A stretch of 63,410 bases of DNA, filler included, from Bigelowiella natans CCMP2755 (lineage: Eukaryota; Protista; Cercozoa): assembly GCA_000320545.1 (NCBI GenBank). It is 8 parts of 8 records of this genome, joined end to end, with 100 filler letters (N's around TTAATTAATTAA, not from the genome) between each part and the next. Parts side by side here need not be neighbours in the genome. Positions count along the whole stretch, not along the records: positions 1 to 22,402 come from ADNK01001628.1; positions 22,503 to 26,025 come from ADNK01000666.1; positions 26,126 to 54,435 come from ADNK01002311.1; 5 more parts are not named here. One strand, 5' to 3'. Shown piece after piece: positions 14,908 to 27,093 of this stretch (the stretch's first letter is position 1; each line of letters opens with the position of its first letter). Made by a program: the position numbers and the translations under genes. A model generated the notes under the pieces. The model did no database searches and was not told where the DNA came from. It saw nothing but the letters and a program-made list of their open reading frames with translations.

Positions 14908-15197
14908 GAAGCAATTATAGATGATAACCACACAGCTCTACATGCATTCTATTTGTGTGTGTGTGTTTCGATAAGAGAATATCCACCCCCCCTCCCCCCT
15001 CATCGCTATTTCATCTTTTTTTTTGAGAAATATAGAGCTATAGAAGAAGAAAGGCAGCATCAATCATCATCATCATCGTCGGCAGCATGTTGTTCTAGCT
15101 GCTGCTGCTGCGATTTACACCTTTGTGCTTCCTATAGCCAGAGGGGCCAACGGGACCCCAGCACCCGCCCCCCATCTTCATACACATACACACACAT

Positions 15198-15228
<31 letters not shown>

Positions 15229-17034
15229 TCTATATTACATAGCATCCTAATACTTTCTGATATATCTGAGAAGCTGCATCATCATCCATCATCAAAACAC
15301 ACAATAACAGTAACAAAAAGAGGCAGAAGTTATTATTGCTACCTTGTCGTTGCGAATACGAAACAGAGCATGAACGTCCCCATAAACTCAACGACGTAAG
15401 GCACGAGCAGCCTCCAGCAAGGCTCCACGTCAAACCGCGTCTGTCCCCCCACCCGGATAATAATAATAGCGGTAAGTTATGATGATGATGGTGATGGTGT
15501 AATGATCAAAACAAGGAGCGTGCATAAGGCTCTCTTGAACTCGTAGTATTTTCAGATAAATTACGTTGCTGTGTAATCCCCCCCCCCCCCCCCCCTCCCT
15601 AAACACACCTGGTTGAAGGGCATGTCCAGCAAAGCGAGGTCCCAATCCGTGGTGACCTTCCATATGCCTTTGTAGTCGTTAGTACAAAGAGCCATTCGTA
15701 GTAAGCAAGGAGAGGGAAGGACAATAAGAAGAAGAATAGTTGTTTTTTCACTAAAAGAAAAGCGTTTGAAAGCGCGTTGATGTTGTATGGTGAAGATCAA
15801 ATAAATTATCCTTATTTTCACGCATGGCGAGATTACCTGAAGCAATCATTGCTCCTGCGACTGGCCCGGCCTTTGAGAGAGAGAGAAGACAATATTAGGA
15901 AAAAGAGACGACGGCATCGAGGCGGAGGGGGGAGGGGGGGCGAGTCGTTGTCGCGTAACTGCACACACCCAATATATCCATATGCGCTCAAAATGTCCAT
16001 GTACTGCTAGGAGCCCTGTTCCGACTGCAATATGGGAAAGGGGAAGGGGGGGGGGGGGGGGGGGATTAGGAAAAAAGGTTACTCAGCTAGTCTTGGTTTT
16101 GGTATGTCTACTCTTATCATCTTATTTACTTGTAATACTCTCTAATGATGAGGATGATGATGATGATGATGAGCTCCTCACACACCTTCACCACGATTGT
16201 CGTGAAAAGCGCCTCGCACACTACAGCTTGGAGACCATGGATTCCCTGAAGCAGAAGATGGAAAATGACGATGATGATGAAGGTAATGATAATGAAGATG
16301 ACGACGATGATGATAACTTGACAACAACAACAACAAAGAACAACAACAATGGCACCCCACCTTGCCCAGGCCTGGGTAGGGAGCGTTATCGTTCTTCATG
16401 TCCTCAAGTGATAACGTAAGAATCCCTGCTACTATGCCCCCCAACAACTGACATGCTAGATACCCCAGCGCTGGGATAATCCTGGTTAGAAAAACGAGCA
16501 CGATTGAGCTGGATGCTGCAGGCGTTCCAACCCTCCCCCCCCCCTTCCTTTCTCTTCGATAAACATACATAGTTTATTTACAGGTTCATATCAGGTGAGA
16601 GCATCACTGACACGTGTGCGATGTCGCGATTTTTAGGAAATATTTAATGCATTAAATATCTTAAGATATGAATTATTCTTCATCGAGTCCGCAATTATGA
16701 TACATATTTCTTCCTCACCTGATTTTCCCGCACACGTACATGGCGATGGTTACTGCGGGGTTGTAGTGCGCTCCGCTAATCTAATGAGAAGGCAAGCAGG
16801 AGGATGGAAATCATTCAAATGAAGAGAATTGTACGTCTTAGTTTTCGGGCAACTTAGGTTCTCCCGGAAGTCGCGAGGAATGATGCTGCTTCGACTGTGA
16901 AATGCTGGCGTTGTTTGTGTCAACATGTAGATCTGCTGAACATGCATCGTTTCACTACCTGCGCGCCGACAAAGCTCAGCGCTAATAACACCTAAATTGG
17001 ATCGAAGTATGCAATTATACGCATATTTATAATA

Positions 17035-17071
<37 letters not shown>

Positions 17072-17303
17072 AAGCGTGAATTGCGGCGATTGAAAGGTGG
17101 TCTTCTTGGAATCTTGTTGTTGTTATTCTTATCCTCTTGTTTTTTCTTATCACCGATCCGTAAGCCAGTGGTCCCCATAACGATAGGCTGCCTTCGGACA
17201 AACTGCACAACACGAGCACACATTGCATGTGCAGCATATTTTAAGCTTTCCGATTACAATAATGCTTGAACAATTGCAGGAGAACACGTTCACAGAATAT
17301 ATA

Positions 17304-17360
<57 letters not shown>

Positions 17361-17493
17361 TTCTAGTCAAACACCTTATGGTGAGGCCTATAAACATCGT
17401 CCCGACAAACTCCAGCACATACGGGGATATCAACTGGGACAAGCAACACATCAGATTTGTCATTCGTTTCATTCACAAAAACGTGTATATATA

Positions 17494-17541
<48 letters not shown>

Positions 17542-18567
17542 TAGAATCAACAGGTGTTGCATGTGCCTTTGCAGCTCACTCCCATATCTCCCCCCCTCAC
17601 CCCCCTCCCCACACACACCTGTAAGAAATCGACGCAGCGATTGGTGCTCGTATTGAAAGATCTTTGCCTCAATCCAAACGTGGAGTAGCTGTGGAGAGTG
17701 AAGTTAGGGTGAATTAGGTAGATTTCAAGAAGAAGAGGTTAGCGTTCGCTACGGAAGAAAACACAGATACAGAACTTATTGCTCAATTCTGCTCCTTTTC
17801 TTGTCGTTGCAAACACGAAGACCGATGTATATTAACCTATCACCGCTTTAACACTCCCTCCACAGCCCGCCTTCATGCCCACAAATCCCTTTGGCAGCTT
17901 GCAAAACTAGTGCTTATGTATACATACCCTGGAATTCGATCCATATGTTGATCGGAAGCGAAGTAAACGGTGCCTGCAAAGGAGTTATGTGGCACAAGGT
18001 GTATGTCCCCCCTCTCCACGCCGGTGTTGTTCCTGGTCTCCGTCTCGTTGAAGTAGGACATGGGGTTCGACCACTGCAGCGACCAAAAGCGCGTCGAGGT
18101 CTTGTCCTGTTGTTTTGGTGTTTTGTTTTGCGATTGAGGTATTTTATGATGATGATGATGATGATGACGATGATGATACTATCGATAGTAAAAAAATAGC
18201 TGTAACACAACGCTTCTTTGCCCGAAAATACATGAAAGTAATGCTACTGGGATGTCTCTGTGCATACTAAAGGTGTAGAAAGATAAATCGTAAAAGCGGC
18301 AGGATATCAATGCTGAGGGTTTGCGTGGTGGTGGCCGATTCGGTATCCATCGTTCTTTCCGGGGTGAATCACGAAAGCAATTGAGTTCAATTACGTGTGC
18401 ACAAACTTTTAACTTTCCACTAAATAAGGTAATAAAGCTATAGCTACCTCTGCATAGTTTTCATCCGATTTCGGAGATGTCACATTGTTCTCGCTCGCCT
18501 CCTCCTTCTCTTCCTCCTCCTCCTCCTCCTGCTGCTGCTGCGGCGGCGGCGGCGGAGAAGGAGGCAT
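12333..18567 (-). CDS. Aquaporin/MIP with two tandem MIP domains, roughly 20 or more exons
   Basis: Domain 1: PYVLEFVGTMF..ISGAHYNPAVT (NPA 16754-16762)..YLACQLLGGIVAG..CEALFT..WIYW|AGPVAGAMIA. Domain 2: PYVVEFMGTFML..APLAIG..MAHFNPAV (14764-14772)..EALFSFLLAYVVL..VSGAALNP|A (12951-12956)..LWVYWSGPMAGALLA. The extreme termini are approximate. Confidence 0.85.
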
Positions 18568-19108
18568 GTCGGCGAGGGGGATCTCCGAATTCGCCTCCCT
18601 CTCCTTTCCTCTCTCCAAAACAGTTGAGAGTGTTATCCTGGCGAATAGGCCCCGGAGGGGGGCGTGTTATATTTCTAGTCCCGAGGGGGAGGGCGTTGCA
18701 GTGCTTTGAAGAACAATCCTTTCAACCGCTTCTCGTGTTTGGATAAAAACAGCGTTCATTTTCCAATATTCCTACTTAAATCTATTGTCGCAGGTGAAAA
18801 ATTCCGTCGTATCGCCGTTAAATCGGATACGAGCCGGTGGACTGGGGGAAAAGGCGCATTGTTCTGCCCCAACCGTGGACAACCGATGGTAAACCGCTTG
18901 CGTTTTCCTCAAAACAAAACGAGGACGAATCTCGTCGCGGAAACATCTGAAGATTGGATTCGCTCCGAAAAACAAGCAACAGGAAACTCGATGAGTTTCG
19001 GCCGGAAATCATTGGAAACCTTACGGATTTATCGCGGGAAACATTGTACAGATTCTTCCCCCCTGCCTCAACGACAGAACCCGAACCCAAAAGAGGGGGA
19101 GAAGAGAG
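18568..19108. promoter_or_regulatory. Putative bidirectional promoter between aquaporin and TraB gene
   Basis: About 540 nt between divergent starts, CpG-rich and free of microsatellites. Confidence 0.4.
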
Positions 19109-21232
19109 ATGCGGCAGCAGGCCAGAGGGGTACCCCACGGAGCGCTCCTCCCGCTCCTCCTCGCCTCCCTCATTCTCCTCTTGATCATAGGGCAGCAACG
19201 TGGCGTTGAAACATGGAATAGTCTTGGGGCTGCGGTCTCTCCCTCGAGATGTCGCCAAGTAATAAGCAGGAGCTTGATCCCTTCAGTACCGCTAACGAGC
19301 AGCTCTCAGCCTTGCCTGTGGCACCGCGAAAGACGCCATTCGCGTCCCCGCCGCGAATTGTGGCGTTCGTTCTCCGCTACTCCCCTCCCTTCGCAAGACG
19401 GCGGCGTGCTCAAGGAGGGCGACTACGTGGAAGTTTTCGGAATGAAAAGGCTCAAGAACTGGGAAGGCAAGCGTGGCCGCGTAGTCGGCCAGGACGCCGG
19501 TTCCACCAAAATTATGGTGAAATTCCCGGATGAAGATGGCGCTCTAGCCATGAAGCCTGATATTCTAAGACGGGTTGCCGCGGAGACCGCCTTGTCCAAC
19601 AACGCCGCTGCTGCGACTACGAGCACAGCCTCCTCCCTTGATAGCAAAGTGGATGATGAGGCCAGAACTCGGTTGGCGACAGACGTCGAGCTTCAGGTGG
19701 GAGACCGCGCGGAGATAGTTGGAATGAAGAGGCTGAAGAAGTATCAAGGAAAGGTTGGAACTGTGGAGGAGATACTCGATAACGGGCGTGTGAAACTTGT
19801 GATTAGCGGTGAGCCTGAGCCTTTGATGATAAAGACAGAAGTCCTGGCGAAGGTCATGCCGCCAACGCTGCCCCCAGGAACTGTCGAGCTTGAGGAAGGC
19901 GTCTATCTACTTGGAATCGCACACGATGATCCCAATAGCGTAGCATCGGCAAGGGAGATTGTAAAGAGCCTGCAGCCTGACAACGTGATGGTGGAGCTCT
20001 GCTGGGAACGCGTGCCATTGCTAATGGACCCTCCCATGCCTCCAGGACCCACCACCTTATTCAAGTGTTCTGATGTAAAATTCGAGTTTCTCCCAGGACC
20101 AAGGCCAGCGAGTGTTCCGACCGAGGACGTGCTCCGATCGCAGTACACCACTGTCGCCCCGGGGAGGGTGTTTCGAGGCTCTGAGGTGATCGAGGATGCG
20201 AAGAAACTCGCGCAAAGCCGACTCTTCCGCAGGGTTATCCCAATATTCTCCCCACCAGAGTCGGGAACGATGCCGTCGTTTCTTCCCTCCGAGCCTAGCG
20301 AGCAATTCGCGACACAGGTCAATCCGGTCGGGCCTCTCACCTGGCGGCTCGAGACGGCTGCAGTGCCTGATGATGGCCTCCAGCAAAAAATCCATGGACT
20401 ACACACCTACGTGTTTCGGGACATTGCGCACGCGGTTTTGCAAAAAAACGCCGAGAAAAACGGTATCGAGCTGCCTCCGGCCATGGCAGATAGACCTCCC
20501 GTTGAGTATGAGGAGGACGACGTATCCGGCGAGGTGGTTACTTCCGACGGAGGGGTGGGAGGAAATGCCAACCAGGAAAGCGAGGAAATGAGTTCTGACG
20601 AGCTAGCTGATGCCGTGGTAGACCCTTGGATGCAAATGCAGAAGCTGGCGCAGCAGCGAGCAGGGGTCGTCCCCGGAGAGGCCTACAGGACGGCAATGAG
20701 CGAGGCTCTCCGTCTTGGAAATACCAAGAGGATTGTCCTTGGAGACCAACCGCAGTACGTTACGAGAACACGTCTTGGGGAGTTTACATCGACTCTTAGC
20801 GAGGAGGAAGCAGCGCAGCCGGTGGTTGACCAAATTGCGATCGCAACGATGGATGTGGAAAAGAAGCAGGAGCTCATGAAGGAGTACATCGATAACATCG
20901 CCTCGGGGGAGACGGACGTGAGTGATGAGGACTGGGAACATCCAATCCTCAAGGAGAGAGATGAGTATATGACTTCTGTGCTGCGCTCGATCGTTGCGGG
21001 CGAGAATGACGGAAACGTTCCCTTTGTCCCCGTGTTCTCCAAGCCAGATTTGCCAGCGGGTATAACGAGGGATGGGGGAGCTGAGCAGCAGGATCAGTAC
21101 TCGTTCGAATTCTTCCCCTCAAATGGCTTTCAGAGCTCAGCGAGTGGCGCTGAGAAGACAGTTGCAATAGTCGGCGCAAATCACATTCCGGGGATTCGAA
21201 GGCTATGGAGAGAATATCGGAACAAGGAGTGA
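19109..21232 (+). CDS. Intronless TraB/PrgY-family protein with signal+transit-like leader and two KOW/SH3-like repeats
   Basis: 707-aa ORF. TraB motifs VYLLGIAH..PDNVMVELCWER, IVLGDQP, ILKERDEYM, VAIVGANHIPGI. The hydrophobic N-terminus is followed by an S/R/P-rich stretch. Repeats GDYVEVFGMKRLKNWEGKRGRV and GDRAEIVGMKRLKKYQGKVGTV. Confidence 0.88.
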   Translation: MRQQARGVPHGALLPLLLASLILLLIIGQQRGVETWNSLGAAVSPSRCRQVISRSLIPSVPLTSSSQPCLWHRERRHSRPRRELWRSFSATPLPSQDGGVLKEGDYVEVFGMKRLKNWEGKRGRVVGQDAGSTKIMVKFPDEDGALAMKPDILRRVAAETALSNNAAAATTSTASSLDSKVDDEARTRLATDVELQVGDRAEIVGMKRLKKYQGKVGTVEEILDNGRVKLVISGEPEPLMIKTEVLAKVMPPTLPPGTVELEEGVYLLGIAHDDPNSVASAREIVKSLQPDNVMVELCWERVPLLMDPPMPPGPTTLFKCSDVKFEFLPGPRPASVPTEDVLRSQYTTVAPGRVFRGSEVIEDAKKLAQSRLFRRVIPIFSPPESGTMPSFLPSEPSEQFATQVNPVGPLTWRLETAAVPDDGLQQKIHGLHTYVFRDIAHAVLQKNAEKNGIELPPAMADRPPVEYEEDDVSGEVVTSDGGVGGNANQESEEMSSDELADAVVDPWMQMQKLAQQRAGVVPGEAYRTAMSEALRLGNTKRIVLGDQPQYVTRTRLGEFTSTLSEEEAAQPVVDQIAIATMDVEKKQELMKEYIDNIASGETDVSDEDWEHPILKERDEYMTSVLRSIVAGENDGNVPFVPVFSKPDLPAGITRDGGAEQQDQYSFEFFPSNGFQSSASGAEKTVAIVGANHIPGIRRLWREYRNKE

Positions 21233-22402
21233 TCGTCGTAGTCGCTACACCGTATACGAGCAGCGTCAAGATGTACACGACCACAATTTTATCATTGTTT
21301 TAAGATCATAAAAAGAACAAAGAGTATCGTAGACTCGAGCTCAGTACTTATTGGTACGTTAGCAGTGCGTCACCATCCCTTGATAAGCTATATTTAGCAT
21401 AGCGTTATTTAGCACTTAGCCAAAAGCTTACGCGCTACATGATGTGAATGATGGCTCTCGTCTATGCACATATCGTCTGAACAATGCAGTGAGCATCACA
21501 GCAGCTCGTACCTGCTAACGCCAACATTCGGTGTTTGCGTGTTCGTGTGTATATGTGATGTGATCAGGCACTTGTAGCAGGCGCGCGGGCACAAATAGCC
21601 ATCCTTTGTTAATTAACGTTTCATGTGTGCGATGCATGCAAGCAGGGCTGATTATTTAATTATTTTAAACGCTGTCGCCGCAGCTTTATTGCATGTAGTT
21701 ACATTAGGATGAATGAATTTGAAAAATTGTAATCATTTCATCACGTCCCTCTCACATACATGTGCAATGCAAGCATGCTATTAGATCATTGCTGCAATTT
21801 TCATTAACAATGTAGCTAATGCAATGTCACAGCGTGGTACACAGCATGTAGATGCACGTGCGCACGCATGCTCTGGCGACGGCAGTCTAGCACCATTCAT
21901 GGCGCCACCCGTTCGCACGGCGTAATGATCATCATAGCGTACATTGCATACATAGCTAGATAGCCAGATGCACGCACGCTGGAGCGGCACTTATCATGAA
22001 TGCATGCTAGCATGTACACATGTACACTACACTACGATACTAGCACCGCAGCATGTGCCAATCTCGCAATAGCTGCCTAATCTGCTGATGCAATGAGACG
22101 CTTGTGAAAAAAATAAATGCTTTTTGTGACATTGTAGGGTGTATGCTGCTATGACTATAAGCTAAGCCAGGCGCTCGATCGGCACATAGTGTAGCCACGC
22201 ACCACGTCTATTCGTTAGTAGTGTAAATGAGCATCATGCATGCACGGTCCAATCCGCACAACTGTACATACAGCCTCTCTTTTTTCTTGCAGGCGATAGC
22301 GAAATCGACTACATAATCAATTTGATATCCGATTGGCATTGGTTTTTTGAAGGAAGAAGAATACCATCATGCATGATTGCTTATTAACTCGTGAGTAGCA
22401 GG

Positions 22403-22502
22403 NNNNNNNNNNNNNNNNNNNNNNNNNNNNNNNNNNNNNNNNNNNNTTAATTAATTAANNNNNNNNNNNNNNNNNNNNNNNNNNNNNNNNNNNNNNNNNN
22501 NN
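22403..22502. other. Artificial contig linker N44-TTAATTAATTAA-N44
   Basis: 100-nt spacer with stops in six frames, identical at seven places. Confidence 0.98.
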
Positions 22503-22510
22503 AAAAAAAA

Positions 22511-23901
22511 GGTGGGAAACATCCACAGAAGTAGCCTGTGGGGCCGCGCACACCATTGTCACGAATATCGAAGGAAAGGTGACGGATGATGACTATAGTT
22601 TAGTAAAGGACGCTCCTGTGGTGAAAGATCATATTCTCCCGGATAGTTGTCGGGCAAACGCCCCCCCCCCCCGCTTTCCCTTTTCACGTTCCACCATCGG
22701 TGCAAACTCCTCTGGCTGAACCAACAACAATCAGGTGTGGACGTGGGGTTTCGGTGGGTACGGGCGTTTGGGCCACGGCGACAACAAGAACCAGTTCTCC
22801 CCGAAGAAGCTGGAGCACTTCCACAACGGTTGACCCGCTTGGAATAACCGCCATCATTGCATATTCTTTGTTAGTGTTGATTACGATGTAGTTACTGTGA
22901 TGTTGTTTTCCTCTCTCTTACACCTCTCCTCCTCCTCCTCCTCCTCGTCGTCGTCATCATCAGTACCCGAGCCAAAGCCAGCAGGGACGAACACCATCTT
23001 CTTCAGGCCGCAGAAGCCCCGCAGATTGAAATACATCGCTGCTGGCTCGAGGTGTGCGGCGCGTGTGTGTGCGTGTGTGTGTGGGTGGGTGCGTGTGTGG
23101 GTGCGTGTGTGGATGATGCACCGACTCGATTGTTGTTGTTTCTAAGACGATTCAGGCTGACATGATGTTCGGCATGCTTAAATAATCTAAATAATATGCT
23201 TGTAAACGGCCAGGTGCTGCTGGGGGATTGACGTGCACGAGCGCGCGCACTTCTGGGGAATTACGAAGTCCTCCGGCGAGGCGACGATGTACCCCAAGAT
23301 CTTCGAAGGCCTCAACGGATGGCGTGTACGCGAGATATCCTGCGGCGTTTCGTCTTCTATCTGCGCGTCTGAGTACTCGCTCATCACTTGGGGGCCCTCC
23401 CCCACCTTTGGGGAGCTCGGTTACGGGGAGGGGGACGTGAAGTCCTCCACGGTCACCAAGAAGGTTGACGATTTGGAGGACACCAACGTGCTCAAGGTGG
23501 GGAGGGGGCGGTGGTGGCGGTTTTGGTGGTGGTGATGGTGATGGTGATGATGATGGTGATATTGATGATGATGATGATGATTCCTCGCTGCCATTTGCAT
23601 TTGCTGTTTGTCGCGGCTAGCATCAATGTTCAGTGCACAAAAATTATAAACTCAAAGAGCAGCATGATGTGGTTGGCGCAGGTCGGGATGGGCTTTCAGC
23701 ACTCGCTCGCCATCATCGACCCCGAGGACGGGGGGCGGAAGGTGTACGAGAAGCTGAAAGTGTTCGATCCTCCGGAGCTCAAAGACATTCCCGACCGCGA
23801 TAAGAGTAGTGCCATTATCTGAGAATGATACATAAGTGATACAGAGTAGTGGTATCTTCTGAGAGAGTAACATGAATATGGATAAATGTGATGTCATACG
23901 A

Positions 23902-23937
<36 letters not shown>

Positions 23938-24516
23938 ATGTACACATACATACATACATACATACATACACACACATTTATATCAGTCATCGCCGCGGCC
24001 CTGGACGCCAGAGCGTCGTCCTCGAAGAACAAGAACAGCAAGAACAGTAGGAACAAAAACAGGATTAAGAGTAAAGGCTCCAAACGAAAGCGATCCGACG
24101 ACGACGACGACGATGACGATGGCACCGAAGACGATGATGATGAAGATGCCAGCGAGGAAGAGAAAGAGCTTGACCTTAGAACCTTGTCCATGGCCCAATT
24201 GAAAAAGATGTTAAAAAAGGTTGGTGTCTTGGTGTCTTGTGTGGGGGGGGGGGGGGGGGGGAGAAGCAAGCGGCAATTGCTTCATGCGACGCAATGTGCC
24301 GTCGATTGCATTCATTGCGAATGTGTGTGTGTCTTGAGCGAGCGAACGGCCTTCCCCTTTCTGTGTCTTGCCCGTAATCGCTTTCCTGGAAGTCAGTTCA
24401 TTCCTCTGATGTTGTCGATCATCACCACCACCGGTCAGGAGGGGCTGAAGGTTAGCGGAACGAGATGGACTCTGGTGGGTCGGCTCAAGAAACATATGGG
24501 GAAACAGAAGAAGTAG
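22511..24516 (+). CDS. RCC2: RCC2/TD-60-like RCC1-repeat protein with C-terminal SAP domain (5' partial)
   Basis: Exons EVACGAAHTIV..|VWTWGFGGYGRLGHGD..|GEATMYPKIFEGLNGWRVREISCG..ITWGPSPTFGELGYG..KSST|VGMGFQHSLAI match the RCC2 C-terminus. SAP-like DLRTLSMAQLKKMLKK|EGLKVSGTRWTLVGRL follows. Confidence 0.88.
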
Positions 24517-25516
24517 GCGTGAAAGGGATGGACAGCCATTAGATGATGATGACACAGTGATGACGTACATGAGCAACTGCGTCCTGGTTAAGTGCAGTGA
24601 GATGGTTCTTCTTGGGTGGGGCACTAGTCCAAGGAAGATGGTGTATAGGCCGTGCAGGAGCAGGAGCTCCTCTCATTGCAATGCGCGATGATTCGGAGAT
24701 CGGCGCATCATGACTAGATGAGAGGAGCAGCCGCCAACCTCAGGCTAGGGGGCGAGGAGGAATGAGAGGGGCCGGGGGGCGGATGATGGGGCATGAGATC
24801 ATTGTCCATGATGAATATGTGTCTATAGTATGAGAAATGCTCGAATGGGTGACAAGCATGACTCTGCTCTCGGTCGATCGATGGCGTCTGCGCTTCTAGT
24901 TGCGCGCAAGCGATCACGTGCATTGGCCCGCCAGAATGAAGGTTATTGATCAGCATTGTGGTTTGGTAGGGCAAGAATAGTATACATTAGAATGACCTCT
25001 GCCTCAAACACAAGGCCATGCTATGACTCGAATAAGCGTGTCATGTTGCTTGCACATCATGCTGACGTATCGCAATATATAACTGCAATCCAGCACATCC
25101 GGCCACATGCGTGCTAGCGTGTGTGTATCGTAGCTAGCGTAGGTATGCACGTTCTAACTCTAGCTAGCTGCAGGATTTACACATCTATAACCATTTGCCC
25201 ACGTGCATCACACACCGGCATGTATGGTGCAAAAATCGATAAGGCATGATTAGGGCTAAGTTGGAGCAGTCAGAAGGGCCTTGTAATAGCGGCGCATTAG
25301 CATTAATCTCACGCGTGAATGCAGCTTGATGCACTTCGTGTTCGACCCAATGAACGAGAAGCTATTCATTTCTAATCGAAGCTCTATATCCGTTCGTACG
25401 CGACGAATACGCAATCGCTAGTGCCATTCTGCATGCCCTATCCCCCCCCCCCCCCCACCCCCCTAGCTCCCACATTCACTTGGGGGATCGGATAGATCCA
25501 ACACAACGAAACTTCC

Positions 25517-25837
25517 CTAAAAAAGGCCGATGACTTTGCCGGTCTCGGTGTCGATATCGATATCGTAAAAGGGCTAGGATACAAAAGCAGAACCCACCAG
25601 GGTTACGACGCCGACAATGCAGTGCGTATTGTCTGGATGCAATGTAAAAATATCGTGGGGATATATGTCCGTGTGTGCTTATGTGAGAGCCCCGACCGGC
25701 CGTGTTCCAAGGGCAGGGATCGTCGACATTTCGCCGATAAGAGGGTACAGAAACCCTGCTCCAACGCTCGCGCGAACCTGCATGCGAAAGTTGGGAATTT
25801 TACACAAGATATACAAAAAAATTTATATGTATATACA

Positions 25838-25876
<39 letters not shown>

Positions 25877-26025
25877 ATATTCGCGTATACTACTATCATC
25901 GCGCCCCTCCCCCCCCCCCTGGAAAACCACCCAATAAGCCACCTCTTTTTTTGGAAAGGTGAAACCCGGCGGTGGCCCCCCTTAGGGTGGGGGTCGGAGA
26001 CTGAAGCTGGACTGGCGTCTTTACC
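25517..26025 (-). CDS. Formate--tetrahydrofolate ligase / C1-THF synthase C-terminal exons (5' partial)
   Basis: Exon from 25777 [27 protein letters not shown] and last exon [18 protein letters not shown] form the canonical FTHFS C-terminus. A degraded upstream exon sits at the contig edge. This gene is not in the ORF track. Confidence 0.92.
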
Positions 26026-26125
26026 NNNNNNNNNNNNNNNNNNNNNNNNNNNNNNNNNNNNNNNNNNNNTTAATTAATTAANNNNNNNNNNNNNNNNNNN
26101 NNNNNNNNNNNNNNNNNNNNNNNNN
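26026..26125. other. Artificial contig linker
   Basis: N44-TTAATTAATTAA-N44. Confidence 0.98.
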
Positions 26126-26203
26126 TGTACTCCTGCTTTACTAAACATTACCCCCCCCCCCCGCGTTGACGATGATTTTCGTCGGGCCTCGATGGGTCGA
26201 CAG

Positions 26204-27093
26204 GGAGGGTGATTGGAACAACGTGGGCAAGTACGGAAGAATCACGATCATGCAGACATTTGACAGAAGGATAGCCTCCCATTGGAAACGTCATGAGGTT
26301 TCCGCGTGTGCATGATCAAATTTAACTACATAGCAACAGTGGTTTGTGTGTGAGTGTGTGTGTGTGTGTGCGCGCGCGCGTGCGTGTGGTTTTGCGCGCA
26401 TGATTGTTCTGCGAGACTCAACATCGCGACGTTTCCCTACCGTAAATAACCAGTCATCAGCTGATATCCGCGTGGAGTTCATGTGGAAATCGTATCGACC
26501 CAAGAGCGTAACGAATCTCACGTGCACGTCCCTTTCCGACTGCGGTAGTTAGAACGATGAGTGCCATATAAACAAACCGCTTGATGCGGTCTCCATGGCA
26601 ACGACAGATAGAAACTACATGATGTAAAGTGAGCCATTACATCACACTCGAACAACAGCAATTATTCATAACTACAACGTGAAACAACCATAATGCAGGG
26701 ACCTTCGATATTCTCTCTGGTCTAGCAGCGGATGGTGTGGATATCTTTGGCCCCCCTATCCGCCTTCTCGTCCAAAACAGCTCGCACCATATTCTCGAGA
26801 AATCGAGCGCAGCTGAAGCTTATACCAACCTGATCAGAAGCTCATCGAAGAGGAATAAGGGAAGGGAGGAGGGGGGGGCTACAGCGTCGATGTTTCCCGC
26901 ATTAACTTCGTGGTCATTAGAACGCAGCGGCTGTGACGTCGAAAGATCATCTTCTTCCTCCTCCTCCGCCTCCGACCTGTACTCTCCTCAAGTGCAGCCT
27001 GCACAAATTGGGCCATGTGGCTACTACTACGATTCGGTGGAGAACGCCGCTGTCTTCAGTGAGCCTGACGTGCTTCTGGTAGATAACCGATGA
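26204..27093 (+). CDS. 3' exons of an uncharacterised protein
   Basis: Candidate exons EGDWNNVGKYGRITIMQTFDRRIASHWKRHE and GTFDILSGLAADGVDIFGPPIRLL...VFSEPDVLLVDNR*. No family recognised. Confidence 0.4.

Noticed and set aside
22447-22458. Recurrent TTAATTAATTAA palindrome
   Set aside because: It is always centred in a fixed 100-nt N spacer, so it is an assembly concatenation linker.
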